From positions 630,001-662,000 of the forward strand of contig OW818668.1 of NCBI GenBank assembly GCA_942493105.1: a stretch of DNA of 32,000 nt, read 5' to 3'. The DNA comes from an uncultured Erysipelotrichaceae bacterium (GTDB lineage Bacteria > Bacillota_I > Bacilli_A > Erysipelotrichales > Erysipelotrichaceae). Under the pieces are notes generated by a model that saw nothing but the letters and a program-made list of their open reading frames with translations, was not told the DNA's origin and did not search any database. Position 1 is the stretch's first letter, and each line of letters opens with the position of its first letter. Made by a program: the position numbers and the translations under genes. Positions 1 to 9,300 of the stretch are shown piece after piece.

Positions 1-482
1 CAGCTGTGCATGCCGCAACGACAGGTCCAGAAATCTTTTATGCGCTTGATGGGTTAGTGGATATCTTGGTGGCAGGTATCGGAACTGGCGGAACAATCAG
101 CGGTGCCGGTGCTTACTTAAAAGAAAAAATCCCTTCCGTTAAAGTTATCGCCTCTGAACCTTTTGATTCTCCAATGTTGTCTGAAGGCCGAACAGGGCCA
201 CATAAGATCGCAGGATGGGGTCCAGGTTTTATCCCCAACACTTTGAATACATCGATCTATGATGAAGTATTGACCGTTACGACTCAACAAGCCTTTGATA
301 GAGCTCGTGAATTGGCAAAGAATGAAGGCATTTTAGTTGGGATATCCTCAGGAGCAGCTTTACATTCAGCCTTAGAAGTCGCAAGTCGTGCTGAAAATAA
401 AGGGAAATCGATCGTAGTTATCTTTCCTGATGGCGGTGAGCGTTATTTATCTACTCCGCTGTATGAGACTGATACAGTATAA
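1..482 (+). CDS. cysK: Cysteine synthase (O-acetylserine sulfhydrylase), 3' partial; the 5' end lies outside the window
   Basis: The frame is open from the window edge to TAA 480-482. The translation has PLP-enzyme fold II motifs typical of CysK: GTGGTISGAG, GxGxxFIP, and ISSGAA near the C-terminus. Confidence 0.85.
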   Translation, partial: AVHAATTGPEIFYALDGLVDILVAGIGTGGTISGAGAYLKEKIPSVKVIASEPFDSPMLSEGRTGPHKIAGWGPGFIPNTLNTSIYDEVLTVTTQQAFDRARELAKNEGILVGISSGAALHSALEVASRAENKGKSIVVIFPDGGERYLSTPLYETDTV

Positions 483-506
483 AAGTACTTACTTCAATGA
501 ATTCTA

Positions 507-541
507 GAGACGGTCATATTAATATTGACCGTCTTTTTTTA
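507..541 (+). terminator. Rho-independent terminator after cysK
   Basis: Stem GACGGTCA (509-516) pairs with TGACCGTC (526-533), followed by a T7 run at 534-540. Confidence 0.8.
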
Positions 542-583
542 TTATTTTGTAGCCGTATTCTAAGGATCTCTTTATCATTTGTT

Positions 584-614
584 TAATGTAATTTTAATCC
601 ACTCAACGTATACT
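584..614 (+). promoter_or_regulatory. Putative operator (TAATGTAATTTTAATC) plus -10 box (TATACT) of the two-component operon
   Basis: The 16-nt motif at 584-599 is followed after 9 nt by TATACT at 609-614, with no good -35. The same motif at the same spacing recurs at 2681-2711. Confidence 0.45.
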
Positions 615-631
615 ATGTATAGAGGTTTACC

Positions 632-1309
632 ATGCGTATCTTAATCGTAGAAGATGAAAAAGACTTGAATCGTATCATCACTAAGAAATTAGCCCTTGAA
701 GGTTGGATATGCGAATCTTGCTTTGATGGTGAAGAAGCCTTATTGTTTTTAGAAAGCAATCTTGTTTTTGATGCGGTCATCCTTGATGTTATGATCCCAA
801 AGATTAATGGTTTTGATGTTTTAGTTCGTTTACGAAACCTTGGAAGAAATGTTCCAGTTTTGATGTTGACCGCGAAAGATGCTGTCTCAGATCGTGTTAT
901 GGGTCTAGATCTTGGGGCTGACGATTATCTTGTCAAACCATTTGCTTTCGACGAACTTATGGCTCGTCTACGACTTATAACCCGTAAAAGCAGTGGAGTT
1001 AAAACCAATGTCTTTACGATTTCTGATTTAAGTTTAAATGTCTTAACGAAAGAAGTCGTCAGAGGTGGCCGCAGAATTTACTTGTCCGCTAAAGAGTTCG
1101 CAGTTCTTGAGGTTATGATTCGAAACAAAGGAATCGTCTTAACAAGAGAACACATTGAAGATCGAATCACCAGCATTGAGAAAGAATCAAATTCTAATGT
1201 TATCGATGTTTATATCCGTTATTTAAGAAAGAAGATCGATGATGATCATGCGGTAAAACTGATTCACACAGTTAGAGGCAGTGGTTATATCTTAAGAGAT
1301 GAAACATGA
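632..1309 (+). CDS. OmpR/PhoB-family response regulator (receiver domain plus winged-helix DNA-binding domain)
   Basis: MRILIVEDE start, ILDVMIP phospho-acceptor Asp, LTAKD and KPF motifs, and a C-terminal trans_reg_C-like end (TVRGSGY). GAGG lies 7 nt upstream of the ATG. Confidence 0.9.
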   Translation: MRILIVEDEKDLNRIITKKLALEGWICESCFDGEEALLFLESNLVFDAVILDVMIPKINGFDVLVRLRNLGRNVPVLMLTAKDAVSDRVMGLDLGADDYLVKPFAFDELMARLRLITRKSSGVKTNVFTISDLSLNVLTKEVVRGGRRIYLSAKEFAVLEVMIRNKGIVLTREHIEDRITSIEKESNSNVIDVYIRYLRKKIDDDHAVKLIHTVRGSGYILRDET

Positions 1310-2673
1310 AGCATTTATCCATTAAACTTAAAGTAACCTTGTGGTATACCTTTTTGATGATCTTGGTGGTTGGTTCAGTTTTAATATTCATGATGCTGAT
1401 CAGTAATACCATTGTTACCAGAGATGTCAAAGCCCAACTTACAGCTACGGTCAATTCGATTGGAGACTCATTATCTATGGATGATGAGAAGCTCGATCTG
1501 GATTTTGAATTCAGTTTATTTCAGAATCAAGTGTATACCCTTTTGTATGATGATCGAAAAGTCTTGCTAAAGGGGAACTATCCTAATGCATTTGTCAGTG
1601 AAGGATTGGCATTTGTAAATGAGTCAACCAGGACCATTGTAAACGAAGAGGTGACTTATTATGTTTATGACCGTCTTTATAATGTGTCTGGTGAAGAAGG
1701 CTCTGTTAAAGTATGGATAAGAGGCATTATTGAAGCAGATAAGTCGCCTAATCTTATGAAATCCTTGTTTGAAACCGGACTTTTTGCCTTACCTTTTATG
1801 GTACTGGTTGCATCTATAGGTGGCTATCTTATCTCAAAACAGGCTTTTAAACCCATAGATCAACTTATGAAAGCTTCCAATGACATTAAGAATGGCGGAG
1901 ATTTATCAAAACGTATTGGTCTTGAAGATAATCATGATGAGATTGGAAAATTAGCATCGAATTTCGATTTGATGTTAAGCCGTCTAGAAAGTTCATTTGA
2001 AGCAGAGAAACAGTTTACTTCAGATGCATCACACGAATTAAGAACACCCATCACAGTTATTTTGGCACAAACAGAACTGGCTCAAAAAAGTGCAAAGACC
2101 ATTAAAGAGCACCAAGAAGCACTCCGTGTGATCCATCACCAAGCCACAAAGATTTCGAAACTGATTGCGCAATTGTTGTCTTTTAGCCGTTTGGATCAAT
2201 TACCTGATGATTCTAAGTTCTCAGATATTGATCTATCTGAATTGGCTTTAGCCATTTGTAGTGAACAGATTGAAGCGTGGAAATCCACCATTAAATTAAC
2301 CACTGACATTCAAAGTACCATCCATATGAAAGGTGATCCCATACTTATAGGTCGTCTTATGAATAACCTGATAGATAATGCTTATCAATATGGAAAAGAA
2401 AACGGAATCATTAAGGTTATCCTTAAGAAACAATCAGATTTCATCATTTTAACAGTAGAAGATGATGGGATTGGGATCTCGAAATCTGATCAAGGCAAGA
2501 TCTTCAATCGCTTTTATCAAGCAGATTCTTCTAGAACTACCAATGATCGAGGTTCCATCGGTTTAGGTTTAGCGATGGTCAAAAAGATTGTGTTGATTCA
2601 TGGGGGTGACATCATCGTTGAGAGTGAGATTAATCGAGGAAGTAAGTTTATTGCTAAATTTCCAATAAATTGA
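1306..2673 (+). CDS. Sensor histidine kinase (two TM segments, HAMP, HisKA, HATPase_c)
   Basis: ATGA overlap with the regulator stop. H-box SHELRTP, N-box DNAYQY, G1 DDGIGI and G2 GSIGLGL are present. Two hydrophobic segments flank a periplasmic-type loop of about 125 aa. Confidence 0.9.
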   Translation: MKHLSIKLKVTLWYTFLMILVVGSVLIFMMLISNTIVTRDVKAQLTATVNSIGDSLSMDDEKLDLDFEFSLFQNQVYTLLYDDRKVLLKGNYPNAFVSEGLAFVNESTRTIVNEEVTYYVYDRLYNVSGEEGSVKVWIRGIIEADKSPNLMKSLFETGLFALPFMVLVASIGGYLISKQAFKPIDQLMKASNDIKNGGDLSKRIGLEDNHDEIGKLASNFDLMLSRLESSFEAEKQFTSDASHELRTPITVILAQTELAQKSAKTIKEHQEALRVIHHQATKISKLIAQLLSFSRLDQLPDDSKFSDIDLSELALAICSEQIEAWKSTIKLTTDIQSTIHMKGDPILIGRLMNNLIDNAYQYGKENGIIKVILKKQSDFIILTVEDDGIGISKSDQGKIFNRFYQADSSRTTNDRGSIGLGLAMVKKIVLIHGGDIIVESEINRGSKFIAKFPIN

Positions 2674-2680
2674 ACAATTC

Positions 2681-2711
2681 TAATGTGGTTTTAATCTTAC
2701 ATCGTCATAAT
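2681..2711 (+). promoter_or_regulatory. Putative operator (TAATGTGGTTTTAATC) plus -10 box (CATAAT) upstream of the PepSY gene
   Basis: 14 of 16 positions match the motif at 584-599, and the gap to the -10-like hexamer (2706-2711) is the same 9 nt. Confidence 0.4.
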
Positions 2712-2742
2712 GGGTCCTAACATAGAGAAAGGAACTCATGTT

Positions 2743-3318
2743 ATGACCAAAAACAAAAAAAATATTAATCGTCTTGCAGGATTAGCAATCGTTGGGATTT
2801 CCGCAATAGTGCTTATTGGCAATTTAGGTGTAAATGCCTTAACCTCAGATACAAGTGCCGGATCAACAGCTCCTAAGCCTACACCGACACCTACTCCAAC
2901 GCCAAAGCCTACTCCGACTCCTACTCCAACGCCAAAGCCTACTCCGACTCCTACTCCGACGCCCAAGCCAACACCAACGCCAACACCTACTCCTACACCT
3001 ACACCAACCCCAAGTACAGATTTGGCAGGACTGGAATTAGCTAAGACAACTGCATTAGCTGACGCAGGTTTAACTGGAGTTGATGTCACTTTTGAAGAAC
3101 TGGAAACTGAATCAGAAGATGGCGTCATTGTATATGAAGTTGAATTCAAATATAACGGTGTTGAATATGAATACAAGATTAGTCAAACTGGTGTAATCCT
3201 TAAAAACGAAAATGAAGTGGATGAAGACAAAGAATATAAAGATGACTCTAAAGACATAAACAACAAGGATAATGATGACCAAGGTGATGATGATCACCAA
3301 GATTCAGATCGAGACTAA
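2743..3318 (+). CDS. Membrane-anchored PepSY-domain protein with a Pro-Thr-Lys repeat linker and an acidic C-terminal tail
   Basis: I prefer ATG 2743 ([26 protein letters not shown] signal anchor; AAAGGA about 10 nt upstream) over the ORF-track start at 2710, which would lie upstream of the predicted transcription start. The linker is (TPTPTPKP)n. It is followed by a PepSY-like block ([13 protein letters not shown]...[24 protein letters not shown]). Confidence 0.75.
   Translation: MTKNKKNINRLAGLAIVGISAIVLIGNLGVNALTSDTSAGSTAPKPTPTPTPTPKPTPTPTPTPKPTPTPTPTPKPTPTPTPTPTPTPTPSTDLAGLELAKTTALADAGLTGVDVTFEELETESEDGVIVYEVEFKYNGVEYEYKISQTGVILKNENEVDEDKEYKDDSKDINNKDNDDQGDDDHQDSDRD
2875..3012 (+). repeat. 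In-frame 30-bp tandem repeat, about 4.6 copies, encoding [10 protein letters not shown]
   Basis: Units AAGCCTACTCCGACTCCTACTCCAACGCCA start at 2875, 2905, 2935 and 2965, with a partial unit after that. Copies 2 and 3 are almost identical. Confidence 0.9.
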
Positions 3319-3339
3319 AATTAATCCTAATTGCATACG

Positions 3340-3367
3340 AAAACACCTCTATCTGGGTGTTTTTTTG
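3340..3367 (+). terminator. Rho-independent terminator after the PepSY gene
   Basis: AAACACC (3342-3348) pairs with GGTGTTT (3356-3362) within a T7 run at 3360-3366. The stem is short. Confidence 0.6.
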
Positions 3368-3456
3368 TGGATTCTTCATAATAATGAATAAACTCTAGTT
3401 TCAATTCATTTAGTCAAAATGAATGCATTACTTGTTTAAAGGGTTACAATGAATTC

Positions 3457-3966
3457 ATGATAGAACAACCCCAATACAAGCTTATCAAACAAGAAGGATC
3501 TTATGAATTGCGCCATTATCAGTCTTTTACGATGGTAGAGGCAAGCGATAAAGATTTGCGAGGCAACCAAGGTTTTAACCTAGCCTTCAACTTTATTCAA
3601 GGTGATAATAAGCGCGGACAAAAAATTGCCATGACGGCGCCTGTCGTCAACAGAATCAATGAGAACGGAATAAGGACAACAGCTTTTGTGATGCCTCCCA
3701 AAATGGATCACGATGATGTGCCAGAACCACTAAATCAAGATTTACAAAAAATCCTGGTTCCAGATCGTCTATGTGCCGTATATCGCTTTAGCTTTACTCC
3801 AACCATGTCTACGATCAGAAAATATGAAGAAGATCTTCGAACTTGGATTCAAAAAGAAGGATTGACCATTCTTGGTGACGTCCAATTGGCTCGCTATAAT
3901 CCCCCTTTTATCCCAGGTTTCTTGAAACGTAATGAGCTTTGGTTTGAAGTGACTGAGTCTAAGTAG
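3457..3966 (+). CDS. SOUL/HBP-family heme-binding-like protein
   Basis: 169 aa. An N-terminal YxxxxxxxxYExRxY-type block (YKLIKQEGSYELRHY), an internal MTAPV motif and a C-terminal ARYNPPF...RNELW block are characteristic of the SOUL heme-binding family, as recalled from memory. Confidence 0.7.
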   Translation: MIEQPQYKLIKQEGSYELRHYQSFTMVEASDKDLRGNQGFNLAFNFIQGDNKRGQKIAMTAPVVNRINENGIRTTAFVMPPKMDHDDVPEPLNQDLQKILVPDRLCAVYRFSFTPTMSTIRKYEEDLRTWIQKEGLTILGDVQLARYNPPFIPGFLKRNELWFEVTESK

Positions 3967-4000
3967 ACGATCATTAAGATACCTAGACTTCTCATCCATA

Positions 4001-4037
4001 CAAAAAGGTACACCTAACTATAGATGTACCTTTTTTA
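4001..4037. terminator. Bidirectional rho-independent terminator between convergent genes
   Basis: AAGGTACA (4005-4012) pairs with TGTACCTT (4025-4032). An A-run lies upstream and a T-run downstream, so it can serve both strands. Confidence 0.75.
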
Positions 4038-4063
4038 GCCCCGAGACACTTTATGATGTCTTT

Positions 4064-5638
4064 TTATTTCTTTTCGATTAAGCTTTCTAACCAAATTGGA
4101 TCTTTTTCTATCCCTAAGAGGTCTGTGACTGTTGAAGCAATATTAGCTAAACCAAAGTTTCCAAACTTCAATTTGACATCTGCCCCATATATAAAGAATG
4201 GGACTGGACTTAAGGTATGAGAAGTCTTGGCTTTTGGTTTTGAGTTAGGATCTTTTGATTTTTCATACATTTCATCCGCATTGCCATGATCGGCTGTGAT
4301 GATCAAGATGCCATTGTATTTTTTGATGACCGGTAGGATTCTTGCGATCTGCAGATCTACGGTTTCTACCGCAACGATTGCTGCTGGATACGATCCAGTA
4401 TGCCCAACCATATCTCCGTTGGGATAATTAACTCTTAAGAAATCATATTTCTGAGATTCTATGGCCTGAATCAATGTATCTGTAATGTCGGCAGCTTTCA
4501 TCCAAGGACGTTGTTCAAAAGGAACGATATCTGATTTGATTTCAACATAGGTTTCTAAGTTTTCATCAAATTTCTCAGTTCTGTTGCCGTTCCAGAAATA
4601 GGTCACATGACCAAACTTCTGGGTTTCGGATAATGCATATTGCGTGAACTTATGTTTGACCAATAATTCAGATAAAGTATTGGTGATCTTTGGTGGACTG
4701 ACTAGGAATTTCTTAGGGATCTGAAGATCTCCATCATATTGAAGCATGCCTGCGTAGAATACCTTAGGGACTCTGATTCGATCGAAGTATTTGAATTCAT
4801 TGCCTTGTTCAAAGGCTTTTGATATTTCAATGGCTCTGTCTCCTCTGAAGTTAAAGAAGATGACCGCATCATTGTCTTGTATGGTTCCTATAGGTTTACC
4901 ATCTTTGGTAATCACGAAAGCAGGCAAGAATTGATCCGTAACGCCATTCTCACTACGATAGGTCTCTATGGCTTCTTTGGCACTGCTGAAGCCTCTGCCT
5001 TCACCTAAAACATGTGTCTTCCATCCTAATTCAACCATGCCCCATTCAGCTTCATAGCGGTCCATGGTGACCTTCATACGACCTCCGCCAGAGGCTATCA
5101 ACGCATTGAAGTTTGGTCCATTAAGTGTTGATAAAGCGTTTTCTAGTTTTTCAACATACAGTAATGCACTGGTTTCAGGAACATCTCTTCCATCCAATAA
5201 GATATGGACTCTTACTTCTTTGATGCCTTCAGCTTTAGCTTGTGTGATCAAATCTAAGAGTTGATCGATGTGGGAGTGCACATTCCCATCAGATAATAAT
5301 CCAATAAAATGTAACGTATGAGCTTTGGCTTGAGCACTTAAAGCAAGCCAAGTCTCTGATTTATAAATATCTTTGGTTCTCATCGATTCATTGACGAGTT
5401 TAGCACCTTGGGCATAGATTTGACCACAGCCGATTGCATTGTGTCCTACCTCTGAATTACCCATATCTTCATCAGATGGCAAGCCTACTGCAAGGCCATG
5501 GGCTTTAATGGTGGTAAATGCAGCTGTTTTTTGAAGTTCATCCAAGGTTGGTGTATAGGCATTATTAACAGCATTTCCATAACTGTTGTCTGTATATCCG
5601 ATTCCATCCATCACAATCAATACAACGGGTCTTTTCAT
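4064..5638 (-). CDS. gpmI: 2,3-bisphosphoglycerate-independent phosphoglycerate mutase
   Basis: 524 aa. MKRPVVLIVMDGIGY start, NSEVGH catalytic-Ser motif and C-terminal ITADHGN. AAGGAG RBS upstream. Confidence 0.95.
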   Translation of the reverse strand: MKRPVVLIVMDGIGYTDNSYGNAVNNAYTPTLDELQKTAAFTTIKAHGLAVGLPSDEDMGNSEVGHNAIGCGQIYAQGAKLVNESMRTKDIYKSETWLALSAQAKAHTLHFIGLLSDGNVHSHIDQLLDLITQAKAEGIKEVRVHILLDGRDVPETSALLYVEKLENALSTLNGPNFNALIASGGGRMKVTMDRYEAEWGMVELGWKTHVLGEGRGFSSAKEAIETYRSENGVTDQFLPAFVITKDGKPIGTIQDNDAVIFFNFRGDRAIEISKAFEQGNEFKYFDRIRVPKVFYAGMLQYDGDLQIPKKFLVSPPKITNTLSELLVKHKFTQYALSETQKFGHVTYFWNGNRTEKFDENLETYVEIKSDIVPFEQRPWMKAADITDTLIQAIESQKYDFLRVNYPNGDMVGHTGSYPAAIVAVETVDLQIARILPVIKKYNGILIITADHGNADEMYEKSKDPNSKPKAKTSHTLSPVPFFIYGADVKLKFGNFGLANIASTVTDLLGIEKDPIWLESLIEKK

Positions 5639-5704
5639 AAGTCGCTCCTTATTGCGTTATCATTTTATCACTTTAAGCTTATGATTTACAGAGGGATGCC
5701 AAGG

Positions 5705-5737
5705 TTAAAAAATGAGCGAACCTAAGTTCACTCATTT
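5705..5737 (-). terminator. Rho-independent terminator of divIC, overlapping its stop codon
   Basis: On the minus strand, AATGAGTGAAC-TTAG-GTTCGCTCATT (one G-U pair) is followed by a T6 run. Plus-strand stem arms are 5711-5721 and 5726-5736. Confidence 0.8.
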
Positions 5738-6034
5738 TGCGGCTTCATCTTGGAAATAATAAACCTTTTCAGTATCCTTAGACAACATATAGATACCTCT
5801 GGCATAACTGATCACATAATCGGTATCTAAGAGTTTATCTCTTTGAAGGGTCAATTGCTCGTTTTCACTGATCAAGGCATCTAGTTTTGAATTGACATCA
5901 TCTAAGGATTTCTTGAGAGACATGGTGGTCATGATCTCATCGATGATTGGAACCAATAAAAAAGCAGATGCGGTCATAAAGATCAAAAAGATCGACAGAG
6001 ATTTGTACTTGAAACGTTTTCTTGTTTTGGTCAT
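5732..6034 (-). CDS. divIC: Septum formation initiator family protein (DivIC/FtsB-like)
   Basis: 100 aa. A basic N-terminus and a single TM segment (LSIFLIFMTASAFLLVPII) are followed by a coiled coil and a YARGxxxxxKxxE-type end. It occupies the conserved position downstream of mfd-yabO. Confidence 0.75.
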   Translation of the reverse strand: MTKTRKRFKYKSLSIFLIFMTASAFLLVPIIDEIMTTMSLKKSLDDVNSKLDALISENEQLTLQRDKLLDTDYVISYARGIYMLSKDTEKVYYFQDEAAK

Positions 6035-6063
6035 AGTAAACTCATTATACCTTTCAGTTCATC

Positions 6064-6357
6064 TTAATCAAGTGGTTTAGCTTGAGTTTCATCAACTTGA
6101 GGGTAAATTCTCTCATCAATTAAGATCTCATATAGGGTCATTGATTGCGCTTTTTTAATCGAATCAGCCAATTCTAACACTTTTACTTTAAGATGACGAT
6201 GGCCAAAATAGAGGTCGATGATGTCCCCGATTTTGACTTCTTTTGAAGGTTTCGCAATCTTATCGTTGATAAGGATGCGATCTTGATTGGCTAAAGCCTT
6301 AGAAACAGGTCTTCTCTTAACCAAACGGGCTATTTTTAAATATAGATCAAGTCTCAT
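6064..6357 (-). CDS. rqcP: S4-domain RNA-binding protein (YabO/RqcP, Hsp15-like)
   Basis: I place the start at ATG 6357 (MRLDLYLKIARLVKRR...), which has an AAGGAG RBS. The ORF-track extension to 6420 overlaps the end of mfd. The sequence closely resembles B. subtilis YabO as I recall it. Confidence 0.85.
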   Translation of the reverse strand: MRLDLYLKIARLVKRRPVSKALANQDRILINDKIAKPSKEVKIGDIIDLYFGHRHLKVKVLELADSIKKAQSMTLYEILIDERIYPQVDETQAKPLD

Positions 6358-6359
6358 GT

Positions 6360-9300
6360 TTAACTCCTTTGGGGCACTTTCGATGAAGCGACCAAGACAG
6401 ATGTGGCTAAGAAAAGCCAATCATCTTGTTTAGGGATGATCAAGACAATTTGTTCATGAAGATACTTTAAAGTGATTGAAGGTGAGATCGAGTTTATTTT
6501 TTCGAAGAGTTTGACCCCATCGATGGTAGAAGACCAGTGCTTTGTATAGGTCAAGGTCATCTGATGTTTCAATTCTTTCGCACTTTCAATGATTGGGGAA
6601 TTCAATAAGAGTTCCCACCGTTTCTTTTCGAATAAAAGCTGAACTGATTTAGGCAATTTACCATAAAGATCTGTTGTTTCTTCTTGTAGTTTACGTAAAG
6701 CACTTTCAGTATCGGCTTTTTCTATGGTTTGATATAAACTGAGTTTTTCAAAATCTTTGTGTTCAAAGCTAGATGGGATATATCCATCGATGCCCATAGG
6801 GGTTTTGATTTGAGGTTCTTTTTCTTCAGTAATGATGCCTGCACGTTTGTCTTTGATGGCCTGCTCCAACATTTCAATGTACATGTCGATCCCAACCGTA
6901 TCGATAAATCCGCTTTGCATATCCCCCAACATTTCACCGGCACCGCGAATGGTCAAATCACGCATCGCAATTTTATAGCCTGATCCTAATTCGGTGAATT
7001 CTTTGATGGATTGAAGCCGTTTCGCTGCGATCTCTGAAAGTTGTTTTTTAGGATTATACATTAGGTAAGCATAAGCTAACCGATCTGATCGACCAACTCG
7101 TCCTTTGATTTGATAAAGCTGTGATAGACCAAAGGTATCCGCTTGATCAATGATCATCGTATTCGCATTTGGAATATCGATGCCTGTCTCAACGATGGTC
7201 GTACACACCAAAACATTGACTTCATTGCTGGTAAAACGCATCATCACATCTTCGATCTCATCGCGATGCATTTGGCCATGAGCCACAGCGATTTCCGCAT
7301 CCGGCAGGTCCTGTTTCAACTTGAAGGCAACTTGTAAGATGTCTTCAACCTTGTTGTAGAGATAGAAGACTTGACCTTTTCGTGCCAATTCCCTTTGAAT
7401 GATGTCTTTAATAACTGCTCTGTTCTTCTCTATGACATAGGTCAATATCGGAAGTCGATTTAGTGGTGGTGAATCCAGTTGTGATAAGGATCTGACCCCA
7501 ACCAAAGACATCTGTAGCGTACGTGGAATAGGGGTCGCACTGAGTGATAAGACATGGACACCAGTTTTGATTTCCTTGATTTTTTCTTTATGTTCAACCC
7601 CAAAGCGTTGTTCCTCATCGATAACCAAAAGTCCAAGATCTTTAAATTGGACATTTTTTGATAATAAGCGATGGGTCCCAATCAATACATCGATCTTGCC
7701 TTCTTTTAAGGCGTGTAAGATGACTTTGACTTGATGATCAGGGACGAAACGATTCAATAAAGCAACTGAAATGGGATAGTTCGCAAATCGATGCGAGAAA
7801 GTATGAAAATGCTGGGCTGATAATACCGTGGTCGGACATAAGAAAGCCACTTGTTTATGTTCAACAACAGCCTTGAAAGCAGCTCTTATGGCGACTTCTG
7901 TTTTTCCGAATCCAACGTCTCCACACAATAATCGATCCATAGGAACAGTGCTCATCATATCGCGCTTGATGTCGTTGACTGCGGTCGTTTGATCATGGGT
8001 CAAAGGATACTCAAATTCAGCTTCAAAGTCGATTTGCATCTGTATATCAGGTCCAAACGCATGGGCAATGTCATGTTCGCGTTGGCCGTATAGATTGATC
8101 AAGCGTTCAGCCAGATCCAACACATTTTCTTTGATTCGAGCTTTTGTTTTCTTCCATTCATTGGAACCAAGGGTATGTAGTTTAGGTACGACACCTTCTT
8201 TAGATACAAATTTACGTACCAATTGAAACTGCTCCAAAGGTACATAAAGGGTCGCATCGTGACGATAAACGATGTGCAGATAATCTCGATGTTGACCTTC
8301 GCTTTCTTTGGTGATGATCCCGATGTATTTCCCAACCCCATGTTGATGATGGACCACATAGTCACCAGGCTGAAGATCTTGATAGGAATGTAAAGTCTCA
8401 GCTTCTTTGAACTTAGTATTATATCTGCCAATAAAGACTTTATGATTGAACAATTCTTTCGAACTATAGACCACAATATCCTGTGATATCAACTCAAAAC
8501 CTTCATCGAGATCTTGAAGTAAAAGTATCAAATGATGCTGATCTAAATCTTTGAGTTTTAAAGAATAGGTCACATGCTGTTCTTGCAGGATGGGGATCAA
8601 TTGCTTGATTTCAGCTTCTTTTAAACAACATACGACTGTTTTTGTCTTAAGATCTTCGATGATCATTTTGACATGATTCAATAAAGATTGAGATGGGATA
8701 TCCAGTTCTCTAAAGGGTAAGTGTAAGTTATGTGTCGTCTCAAAGCGACGTAAATCATTGGTTCTAACTTTCGTTACGATCTTTCCATAATCCGCGAACA
8801 CTTCAAAGATCGGTAAAGCTTTATGATCTGTGACCATTTCTAAAAGGTAATCTAAAGTTTCCTCATGAAGGATCTTATGATGTTCTTTGATGTCTTCAGC
8901 ATTTGATGCGATGACCAATGGATCATGAACATAATCTAAAAGAGTCTGACTATCATCCAGTAGAGCTCTATACCGATACAGATGGTTCTCTTTTAATTTG
9001 AGACGCATCAACTCTAAATCATTCTCAATTGTTTCTTGAAGAAACTCAAAACCTTCTTTGGTTTGTCTTTCATTCAGCATGCTTCTTATTCTTGTTTCCA
9101 GGATAATGATTTCTTCATCAGTAAACAAAAGATCACTGGCAGGTTGAACAGTAATGGAACTTAAGGGTTCAACTGAGCGTTGAGAGGATATATTAAAAGA
9201 ACGGATACTTTCGATCTCATTATCGAAGAATTCTATTCTGATCGGTTCTTCACAGTTGACTGGGAAAACATCGATGATGCCGCCGCGATGAGCACTGGTA

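Noticed and set aside
2736-3176. A 146-aa minus-strand ORF with a striking GVGVGVGV repeat, and a 61-aa plus-strand ORF (2855-3040) rich in LLQRQS repeats.
   Set aside because: Both are alternative-frame or antisense readings of the 30-bp PT-repeat DNA. The PepSY frame has the signal anchor, a folded domain and expression signals. These are repeat-induced ORF artefacts.
6358-6420. An N-terminal extension of the S4-domain ORF (MAFLSHICLGRFIESAPKELN) overlapping the mfd 3' end.
   Set aside because: The internal ATG at 6357 has an AAGGAG RBS and yields the canonical MRLDxxLK start of YabO/RqcP. The extension overlaps mfd coding sequence.
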